Shown here: positions 10,178-17,834 of the stretch, piece by piece
How positions within the stretch are numbered: position 1 is the first letter of the stretch
Layout: every line of letters begins with the position of its first letter
Source: a virus
Direction: 5' to 3' (one strand)
Length of the DNA stretch: 22,774 nucleotides
Virus record (IMG/VR): IMGVR_UViG_3300028888_004798
Program-made: the position numbers and the translations under genes
Notes under the pieces: model-generated
What the model was told of the DNA's origin: nothing
The model's database searches: none
The model's input: the letters and a program-made list of their open reading frames with translations, nothing else

Positions 10178-10735
10178 ATGACTGACGACCAGGACAATTA
10201 TGAAGCGTTAATTGAAAAACATGCTCAACGCCAAATGAACCTTAAAGAAGCAAAAGAAGATTACATTCAAGAAGAACAGACACCACGAAAACAGATAACA
10301 GTTAAAATATTCCCGAATACTCACAAAGCTTTAAAATTAATAGCAACTGCCAAAGACACCAGTTTAGAAAAGATTGCAACATCCATTATCGAAGCTAAAA
10401 CAAAAGACTTAGATATTGTTGAATATGTAAGAGAAGCAGTTGAAAACACTGAAGCATTTGAAGATGGCTTTGATTGGTTACATAGAGAAGACATTGACAA
10501 TTCAGCTTATGATTTAAACGATAAGTTATTGAATAAAGGCAATCCACGAAAAAGAATCAATGTTAAAGTTGATTTAGAAACTCACAGAAAATTAAGGATA
10601 GTCTCAGCTATTCAAGACAGATCACTTGATAAGATTGTCTGCTCCATCATTGAATATGAAGTTGGAGAGAAAACTCATATTGACACATCCAAATTAATGG
10701 ATGAAATACTAGAATCAATTAAAGATAAAGAATAG
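10178..10735 (+). CDS. Protein with two tandem ribbon-helix-helix (CopG/Arc-like) domains
   Basis: Internal duplication PRKQITVKIFPNTHKALKLIATAKDTSLEKIATSIIE / PRKRINVKVDLETHRKLRIVSAIQDRSLDKIVCSIIE. GGAGG RBS. Confidence 0.75.
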   Translation: MTDDQDNYEALIEKHAQRQMNLKEAKEDYIQEEQTPRKQITVKIFPNTHKALKLIATAKDTSLEKIATSIIEAKTKDLDIVEYVREAVENTEAFEDGFDWLHREDIDNSAYDLNDKLLNKGNPRKRINVKVDLETHRKLRIVSAIQDRSLDKIVCSIIEYEVGEKTHIDTSKLMDEILESIKDKE

Positions 10736-10766
10736 CTAACGTTAATGTTAGTGTTGGACTTGGAGA

Positions 10767-11927
10767 TTAAATTAAAGTAACCTTATCCTTCGGAACATAT
10801 TCTATTGTTTCGGTAGGTTCTTTTTCCACCTCTATCTCTTCAAGTTCAACAGGTTCTTTATCTTTAACAATAGTATTATGCCTACCACTTATTAAAGTGT
10901 TTACACGGGTTAATGACTTTGTATCTCCAAGTAAGTGATTATAATCTTTAGCTAATTCATTGTATTTCAATTTATTAGCATTTACTTCCTGAGTATAAGC
11001 TATTAGCATTTGTGCTTTTTCTTCAGTATGCTTAACTTCCATTTCAGATTTTTGTTTGGAAAGTTTCATATCAACTTCAGCACTTAATTTATCTAATTCA
11101 AGTTTAGCATCTTTAACTTTATCTTTCAGGTTATCAATTTCTTCATAATGTTCTTTTGGAGGAATATAATCTTTTAACATTGATAGAGATTCAACTTTTT
11201 CAGTTAATTCATCTATATGTGTTTGTTGCTTTTGGATGGTTTCTTTTAACTCTTTTTCTTTATTAAGAAAACTGGACTGGAGTTCGTCCTTAGTTTCCTT
11301 ATAGTTATCGTTAATGCCAATAATATTTTGATTCAGTAACTTATTGGTTTCATTAATGTGAATATTTGCGGTCTTCAGCTGTTCGTTGTCTTTGATCAAT
11401 TCTTCATTTCTGTTTGCAAGATCATCTGAAGATTCCATAAGATTTTCAAATGCATTCTTCCAATATTCAACTTCGCTCTCCTTGGTTTTCAATTCTTCTT
11501 TTAAAGTTTCAATATCATCTACGGATTCAACTTTAACATCCTTGGAGGATTCAAGTTCTTTAGCTAGTGAATCAACTCTTGTTACAAGTTCTTTAATTGT
11601 ATTGTCCTTTTCTGAATTCTCATTGGTTAATTCAGTAATGGTTTTATCCTTTTCCTGAAGCTGTGCTTTTAAATCTTCAGCGTCAGTGTCAGTTGTTCCT
11701 TTAGCTATTATGCCTTCAAGTTCTTTTATTCTGGCTTTGTATTCATCTACATTGTCTAATTCTTTCATTACATCAAAGCGTTGCTCTTCTGATAAAACAT
11801 AGACTTTTTCGCCAACATCAAAAATAGTATTGCTGAATCCTATCCTGTTTGCATTTGCAGTATTTTTCTTTACTTCAAATTCCAGGCCGATTCCTTTATC
11901 ACTTTTTTCAAGAGTTTTTTCATCCAT
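10767..11927 (-). CDS. Long coiled-coil protein with a small N-terminal beta domain (possibly AbrB/SpoVT-like)
   Basis: 386 aa with about 280 residues of E/K/L heptad-rich sequence; N-terminal LEFEVKKNTANANRIGFSNTIFDVGEKVYVLS. GGAGTG RBS. Confidence 0.65.
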   Translation of the reverse strand: MDEKTLEKSDKGIGLEFEVKKNTANANRIGFSNTIFDVGEKVYVLSEEQRFDVMKELDNVDEYKARIKELEGIIAKGTTDTDAEDLKAQLQEKDKTITELTNENSEKDNTIKELVTRVDSLAKELESSKDVKVESVDDIETLKEELKTKESEVEYWKNAFENLMESSDDLANRNEELIKDNEQLKTANIHINETNKLLNQNIIGINDNYKETKDELQSSFLNKEKELKETIQKQQTHIDELTEKVESLSMLKDYIPPKEHYEEIDNLKDKVKDAKLELDKLSAEVDMKLSKQKSEMEVKHTEEKAQMLIAYTQEVNANKLKYNELAKDYNHLLGDTKSLTRVNTLISGRHNTIVKDKEPVELEEIEVEKEPTETIEYVPKDKVTLI

Positions 11928-11986
11928 CCATTTTCACTCCAAATCCTTAACATACATATCTTTATAACAACTATATTTTATAGCTA

Positions 11987-12686
11987 TTGCAATTAATTGC
12001 AATTTTATTGCAACAAAAATTGCAACAGTTGCAACTGGAATTGCAACTCGATTTTGAAAATTGCAACTTTTGAACAATGTTGAATACTGTTTAATTTGGC
12101 CCCTATTCGGAAAAATAGAAACGACAATTGCAGTTTTTGGGGGTAGGTTGTTTGCTTGCAGGAAGGTGCAAGTATTGTAATACATATATCGTAATATATA
12201 CATTTCCTTGGTATGCCAGAAAACCCACCCCAGACGGGTGTTTTTGGACATCCATCTGTCCCAGTAGCTGTTCGGCACTTTCGTAATATACTACAATAAT
12301 TTATATACATTCGTGTAAACATTCACAATTGCAACTGTTGCAACTTTTAAATACTGAATTGCAACTTGCATTAAAATGGGGTCAAAAACGGATATGCGGG
12401 GTTTTTCGATTTTTGGAATTGCAATTAATTGCAATAAAATTGCAATTCTTAGGGGGAAAATTGCAACTAAATTGCAATTTCTCATTGACGTTAAATTTAA
12501 CATTCTTAAAATTACACTTGTTCAGTTATCAATAACTTTTTTAATAAAATATTGAACAAACTAATAATTAAAAATTGCAATTAATTGCAACTCTGATTCT
12601 GGTTTTCAGGGTGAAAATTTCAGGAGTTGCAACTGAGTTGCAATAAAGTTGCAACAAAATTGCAATAGTTGCAACTGGAATTGCAA
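11987..12686. repeat. Array of 23 TTGCAA palindromes in five clusters around a GC-richer core
   Basis: Counted at 11987, 11997, 12008, 12020, 12029, 12041, 12061; 12329, 12338, 12359; 12419, 12429, 12440, 12461, 12472; 12575, 12585; 12627, 12638, 12649, 12660, 12669, 12681. Confidence 0.95.
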
Positions 12687-12816
12687 CACCAAAAACTGTC
12701 ATGACATATAGACTAACTAATACAAAAACTAACAATTGAAGTAATAAAATATTGTATTACAAAAATTAGTTACGCTATATAAAATTAATAATACTATGAT
12801 ATATAAATAATATAAT

Positions 12817-13626
12817 ATGTCAAGTAATAGTATAAGCTGGACTCAATTCTGCCAGGGCATGAACTCAATATGTTACTGGCTCATCCAGAACAAAAAGAAA
12901 TATAAGAAACGTGACTACTACCAAATACTAAAACTGAAAGGTAGTTGTGCAGATGTTGAAAAGAAAGCAAAGAAACTAGGAAACAATAAGCTAGTGGCAA
13001 TGTATACAATGGCGGTGATTAAAGACAATAAGTCATTGGATTTCCTTCCAAACTACGTGACATTAAAAAACGGCCTTCAGATAGATAAAGCTGAATACAT
13101 TGACATGGCCATAAGGACTGAAGCATACATTACAGCCAACAAAAGACTTCCAGCTATTGTATATAGGATGTCCAAACTTCCTGACTATAAAGACACCACA
13201 ATGAATTTCTTTATCAAAACCTTCAACTATAAAGGCAATACCATAGATGAGGCTTTAGCTATTATATCCAAAAAGGAATTATATAGCAAGTACTTTGATT
13301 CACAAAAAACAGACAAACAAACCATTAATGATGCAAGTAAAGGTAAAGGCTCCAACTGTGTGGACTGGGGACAAGTATATTACCGTATCGCCAAATCATT
13401 AGGCTATGAGGTTCAATTCGTACATGTTAAATGTCGTGTAAGTGGTACTGGCCATATCAGATTAAGGCTCAGGCACAAGAAACATACTGAAGGAAACTGG
13501 ATCAACCGTGACCCTGCAGCAGTTGCAGATACAACATCCGGAAATGTTAGATCCCTCTGGTGTGAAGACGGATATGTTATAGCTATTGATCCAAGTTGGA
13601 TATTTACAGATTTATATTCCATTTAA
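12817..13626 (+). CDS. peiW: Pseudomurein endoisopeptidase (PeiW/PeiP-like endolysin, peptidase C71)
   Basis: Pseudomurein-binding repeat LPNYVTLKNG..IDKAEYIDMAIRTEAYITANKRLPAIV; catalytic triad motifs SNCVDW (Cys), GTGHIRL (His), NRDPAA (Asp). Confidence 0.85.
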   Translation: MSSNSISWTQFCQGMNSICYWLIQNKKKYKKRDYYQILKLKGSCADVEKKAKKLGNNKLVAMYTMAVIKDNKSLDFLPNYVTLKNGLQIDKAEYIDMAIRTEAYITANKRLPAIVYRMSKLPDYKDTTMNFFIKTFNYKGNTIDEALAIISKKELYSKYFDSQKTDKQTINDASKGKGSNCVDWGQVYYRIAKSLGYEVQFVHVKCRVSGTGHIRLRLRHKKHTEGNWINRDPAAVADTTSGNVRSLWCEDGYVIAIDPSWIFTDLYSI

Positions 13627-13635
13627 GGTGATAAC

Positions 13636-13863
13636 ATGAATTGTGGCGAAGCAATTGAAGTTTTAAAAAAATTTCCAAAAGATAAACCATTAATGATAAT
13701 GGGATGGTATAGTATTGCAGAAACAGATGAACCTGAAGGCATTAACAGTATATGTTATCTCAAAGAAGTAGACATAGACACTTTAGAAGTCACAGGTGAA
13801 ATAAAAGACTTTGTAGCTATTGTTAGTGACAAGTATCACGAAATAGCAAGCGAATTTCCATAA
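13636..13863 (+). CDS. Small acidic hypothetical protein
   Basis: 75-aa ORF with AAGGTGA RBS, 9 bp after the pei stop; ends 8 bp before repeat copy B. Confidence 0.7.
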   Translation: MNCGEAIEVLKKFPKDKPLMIMGWYSIAETDEPEGINSICYLKEVDIDTLEVTGEIKDFVAIVSDKYHEIASEFP

Positions 13864-13871
13864 TTAACCAA

Positions 13872-13981
13872 TTGACATTAACGGCTGGGGTTGGCTATTC
13901 AAAACTCACTTTCTGAAACCCTTTCATATATATCACAGGGGAAACAAGATTGATTTGAGAAATCGTGGCCGTTAATGTTAA
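13872..13981 (+). repeat. 110-bp dispersed repeat, copy B
   Basis: TTGACATTAAC...GCTATTCAAAACTCACTTTCTGAAACCCTTTCATATATATCAC...CCGTTAATGTTAA. Confidence 0.9.
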
Positions 13982-14110
13982 TGTCCATTTAAGTAAATTA
14001 AAAGAAAAAAAGTAACTATTATAATTTTAACATTAATAATTCAATAGAGCAAATGCAGAATCACTTAATAAAATAAAAAAAAGAAGTTGTTAAAAATTTA
14101 ACAACAAAGT

Positions 14111-14431
14111 TTATACTACTTTAGATTGGATAAATTTACCTACAAATGCTCCAAATAATCCTAATATAATATTTAAAATGAATATTGAGAAATTTCCATA
14201 TAGTAATCCAATAAATAAACTAGCAATTATTCCAATTAAAGCACCATAAATAATAGCATATACAGTTGTGTTTTTACATAAAAATCCAGCAACTGCTGTA
14301 GCTAATACCAATCCTAAATAACTTACAATACTGCCTCCGCCAAGCATACAAATTATAACAAAAATTATTGATATAACTGCACCAACAGCGATAGGAAATA
14401 TTTCTATATTACCTGCAATATCTTCATCCAT
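14111..14431 (-). CDS. Small integral membrane protein (3-4 TM helices)
   Basis: 106 aa, almost entirely hydrophobic and Gly-rich; GAGGTGA RBS. Confidence 0.8.
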   Translation of the reverse strand: MDEDIAGNIEIFPIAVGAVISIIFVIICMLGGGSIVSYLGLVLATAVAGFLCKNTTVYAIIYGALIGIIASLFIGLLYGNFSIFILNIILGLFGAFVGKFIQSKVV

Positions 14432-14559
14432 TTTTTCACCTCATTTAATAAGCTAAAATTTTTTTATAATATTTCCTTCCATTATTAACTTAAAAAAATC
14501 TAAACTATATTTAAAAATATATATTTAATATATTATTATAATTTGTGTATACAAAGAGG

Positions 14560-14671
14560 TTAACATTAACATCCTGCATTAGCTATTCAAAACTAACTTT
14601 CTGAACCCCTTGCATATATATTGAGGTCGCAAATCAAAATCTATTTTCCAAAACACGACCGTTAATGTTAA
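14560..14671 (+). repeat. 112-bp dispersed repeat, copy C
   Basis: Perfect 11-bp terminal inverted repeat TTAACATTAAC (14560-14570) / GTTAATGTTAA (14661-14671); core GCTATTCAAAACTAACTTTCTGAACCCCTTGCATATATAT. Confidence 0.9.
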
Positions 14672-14681
14672 AGTAGGCTAA

Positions 14682-15380
14682 TTAAATTTCAAAAGTAAGT
14701 GGCATGTGGTCACTTATTTTCAACCATTTATCAGCATTTCCAATTAGTAAATCTTTAACTTTATCAGGTGCAGAAAATATGTGGTCCAAGTGAAATGGGC
14801 TATTAATATTTCTACGCCAGTAAAATGTAGGTATTGATTCCTTTCCTTCTTGCTCTCCAGTCAAATAATGATATATATCTACAAGCCCTTTCTCAGATAA
14901 CTTATCTATCATTTCATAAACATTCATACCATGCTGTTTATTAACTAATCTTACATCACAATTAAAATCTCCACAGATAATCATCTCTTCATTGAAAAAT
15001 CCTGAATCCCTGTGTTCTTCATAATATCGAGTAATTTCTTTAGGATAATAAATTTCTTTACGTCCTTCAATGTTAGGATTAGTCCAAACACCTAAAAGAT
15101 TAAAATCATCATTAACACGAACAGGTATGAAATATCTAAGCCCTTTATCATCTAAATCCACTAATTCTATTTTAACATTATCTTTAGCAAATATTCCAAG
15201 ACCATACTTTTGATTATCCCCAACCCAAAAATAATTAGAAGCAAATTCAGTATAATCCTCTGAATCCATTACTACTGGATTCTCACATTCTTGAATAACG
15301 TAAATATCCGCTCTTTCTTCAAGAATTGCAGGAAATCTTTCACTAAAGTAGCCATTAGAATTCCATGAAACTATTTTCAT
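14682..15380 (-). CDS. Endonuclease/exonuclease/phosphatase (ExoIII/DNase I-like) family protein
   Basis: Motifs MKIVSWNSNG, IYVIQE, IICGDFN, HLDHIF and SDHMPL in canonical order. Confidence 0.9.
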   Translation of the reverse strand: MKIVSWNSNGYFSERFPAILEERADIYVIQECENPVVMDSEDYTEFASNYFWVGDNQKYGLGIFAKDNVKIELVDLDDKGLRYFIPVRVNDDFNLLGVWTNPNIEGRKEIYYPKEITRYYEEHRDSGFFNEEMIICGDFNCDVRLVNKQHGMNVYEMIDKLSEKGLVDIYHYLTGEQEGKESIPTFYWRRNINSPFHLDHIFSAPDKVKDLLIGNADKWLKISDHMPLTFEI

Positions 15381-15436
15381 CTTATTTCCCCAATTAATTG
15401 ATATTTATACATATGTTACTATCATTATATAATTAG

Positions 15437-15548
15437 TTAACATTAACACCCGCCATCACCAATTCAAAACTTACTTTCTGAAACCCTTTCATATATATAC
15501 AAGTCCACAATCAGATTTCAAATCCAAAAACCCTGCCGTTAATGTTAA
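15437..15548 (+). repeat. 112-bp dispersed repeat, copy D
   Basis: Perfect terminal inverted repeat TTAACATTAAC (15437-15447) / GTTAATGTTAA (15538-15548); core ATTCAAAACTTACTTTCTGAAACCCTTTCATATATAT. Confidence 0.9.
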
Positions 15549-15743
15549 TGTGCAGCTGTTAAAGTGAAAGTCAAAAATAGATACTGTTTATTTTAACAGT
15601 AACATTGCAGATTATGAAACTTACTCCAACTATTGAAAATCAGTTTTTATTACGATATTGTTTATATTTTATTATCTTATTATTGTCATTTATTAACAAT
15701 TTTTAAAATGAAGTATAGCGCTAGCTATCGAAAAAAATTTTTG

Positions 15744-16025
15744 CTATTTATATTGAAGTTCATAATATATTAGCAATCCAAGACGAGTTAGTTTATATAA
15801 CTTGCCGGTCTTTTCATTTTCATTAAGGCACACAACAATATCTTTGTCTTTTAATTCTCGTAGCACTCTTGATACAAGAGAGAATCTTACGTTCATTGTT
15901 TCTGTAATTTCCGATGGAGTCATTCTTGATTTTTCGATTATTTTGATAACCTTCTGACGGTTCTTGCTACGTTTGACATAGGCGAATGCGTCAATGTATG
16001 TCGGGCTATTAGTATCGGGTAACAT
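15744..16025 (-). CDS. Winged helix-turn-helix regulator, homologous to 890..1156
   Basis: YVKRSKNRQKVIKII...TPSEI...SLVSRVLRELKDKDIVVCLNENEKTGKLYKLTRLG aligns with YVQISKYREKVMKSL...PSQI...HISKVLSELKAHELIECINPEVRKGRLYRHTDKG. Confidence 0.85.
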   Translation of the reverse strand: MLPDTNSPTYIDAFAYVKRSKNRQKVIKIIEKSRMTPSEITETMNVRFSLVSRVLRELKDKDIVVCLNENEKTGKLYKLTRLGLLIYYELQYK

Positions 16026-16342
16026 GCTATTCTATATCAATTACGAATTACATATTATGCTATTTTTATTCTATTGTTATTCTATTAACATCGAACAATC
16101 TTTTATTAGATTTATGCATTATATTTAAAAATTTTTATTATATCTTAAATACGAAAAATAACCATAATTGATTAGTTATAATGTCAAATTGACTTTTATA
16201 TTAATTTAAATTTTATTCGGATAAGTTATTGATATATTGTGGTTAAATAAAGAAAAAATAAAAATCAAATCCTATACCTTTTTATATAAAAAAAATAATA
16301 TACTATTATATATATTACATTATATGTAGTAGGTGTAAAATT

Positions 16343-16534
16343 ATGGCGAATGTAAACAACACATCTTCATACATGGATGAGGATAAGAAAAAAATAATCA
16401 AAGAGTCAAATTATACATACAGAGATGCACTTGAAGTTGGAGCATATCTTATTGAAACAGGTAAATTTGAAAGAGTTTATAAAGAAATGCAAATTTACGA
16501 TTTACAAAAAGAATTAGAACAATTAGACGATTAA
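16343..16534 (+). CDS. Small RHH-like DNA-binding protein with a coiled-coil tail
   Basis: TSSYMDEDKKKIIKESNYTYRDALEVGAYLI, similar to the next gene; AGGTG RBS. Confidence 0.6.
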   Translation: MANVNNTSSYMDEDKKKIIKESNYTYRDALEVGAYLIETGKFERVYKEMQIYDLQKELEQLDD

Positions 16535-16766
16535 CCATCTTAAATTGTTTAATATAAATAAAATAGAACGTGCACATCTTAAAATAGTATAATATCAAAA
16601 TAAGACCTGACTAGTTTAACACTATTTCTAGCGTATGCACTCTTAAAAATTTAAATTGAATACGAAAAAAGTAATAATATTTTATTATTACTTAACTATT
16701 TTTTACCTAATAAAATTTTATATACACACCGTAATAGTAATAAATATAAAGAATATACATTATATT

Positions 16767-17015
16767 ATGAAAATCAGAAAAGAAAATATCAGTGCAAGAG
16801 TTCATTCTTCACTAAAAAAAATTGTTATCGATTCTGATTATTCTCATAGGGATGCATACGAACTTGGTGCAAAAATAATAGCTTCAGGTGATGCTCCAAA
16901 AGCAATTAGTCAGGTCGAGTCAAACGCAACTTCTAAAAAAACGATTAAAGAAGCAGAATGTAAAATAGTTGAAGAAAGAAAACAAAAACTTGAAGAAGAA
17001 TTGAGAAACTTATAG
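16767..17015 (+). CDS. Small RHH-like protein with a coiled-coil tail
   Basis: The track start (TTG 16656) runs through AT-rich promoter-like DNA; ATG 16767 gives ISARVHSSLKKIVIDSDYSHRDAYELGAKII... Confidence 0.6.
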   Translation: MKIRKENISARVHSSLKKIVIDSDYSHRDAYELGAKIIASGDAPKAISQVESNATSKKTIKEAECKIVEERKQKLEEELRNL

Positions 17016-17027
17016 GGGGTCTCTCCT

Positions 17028-17834
17028 ATGGGTCAGAAAAATTCAGACGTTAAATACTTTTTAGAGCAACATGAACAAGAAATAATAAACTGTTGCAAGA
17101 AAGGAATGAGTAACAATGAAGTCCGTAAACTACTAAAAACAAAATATGGAAGAGATGTCGCAGATAACACCTACAGAAAATTCAAAGCAAAACTGAAAAT
17201 TAAAAAAACTGATTTCCTGGAAACATTACTGGATGAAATAACAGTAATGAAAGAATCCGGTGCTACTGATGCTAACATTAGAAGATGGTTAGCAGAAGAT
17301 CATGATGTTGAAATAAGCCGCTCAACTTTCTCCAGATTCAAGAAAAAATATAACATAACAGATCAAGAAAAAACTCCACATGATAAAAAATCATTGACAA
17401 ACAGAGCTATCAGCCAAAAACAAATACTAGACAATAACGTTCATCAAGATAATATTGACATAGCTATTGACACCATATTGCAGCAACAGGTCACTGACAT
17501 TCAGACAGGACTGGACAATCTCGACAGGATAACCCGAAACGCTATAAGCATTGAAATTGATTTTGAAAAACTGGAAAGAGAAATAAGACTCAATGCTAGC
17601 GAAAAAAATATTGGAAGATATTTGCTTGATTTTACTGAATTAAAAATACGTTACTTGGAATTATCTGTTAGAACATTCGAAGCCAAAAACAAATTATTCA
17701 AAGATGAAATGGACAGACTATTTAAAAACAGAGTCCTTGAACTAGAAGATAAAAAAATTGAAATATCTCAAAAAGACATTATGGATGAAATAGAAGTTCT
17801 TGCAAAACAAATAGATGATAATAATGTACAATAA
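17028..17834 (+). CDS. Probable terminase small subunit (two tandem HTH-like repeats plus a helical oligomerisation region)
   Basis: Overlaps the terL start; repeats FLEQHEQEIINCCKKGMSNNEVRKLLKTKYGRDVADNTYRKFKAKL / FLETLLDEITVMKESGATDANIRRWLAEDHDVEISRSTFSRFKKKY. TerS call rests on position and architecture only. Confidence 0.55.
   Translation: MGQKNSDVKYFLEQHEQEIINCCKKGMSNNEVRKLLKTKYGRDVADNTYRKFKAKLKIKKTDFLETLLDEITVMKESGATDANIRRWLAEDHDVEISRSTFSRFKKKYNITDQEKTPHDKKSLTNRAISQKQILDNNVHQDNIDIAIDTILQQQVTDIQTGLDNLDRITRNAISIEIDFEKLEREIRLNASEKNIGRYLLDFTELKIRYLELSVRTFEAKNKLFKDEMDRLFKNRVLELEDKKIEISQKDIMDEIEVLAKQIDDNNVQ

Noticed and set aside
11934-12535. Four overlapping short ORFs (LQ/IA-rich) in the TTGCAA array
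   Set aside because: By-products of the palindrome; they overlap on both strands and lack RBSs.
13872-15548. Classical integron attC array
   Set aside because: Ends do not fit RYYYAAC/GTTRRRY exactly, the interiors do not fold into the L-box hairpin, interiors are conserved between copies, and no IntI is present. Kept only as an analogy.
16656-16766. N-terminal extension of the 119-aa ORF
   Set aside because: TTG start in AT-rich promoter-like DNA with low-complexity I/Y/F translation; ATG 16767 aligns with the paralogs.
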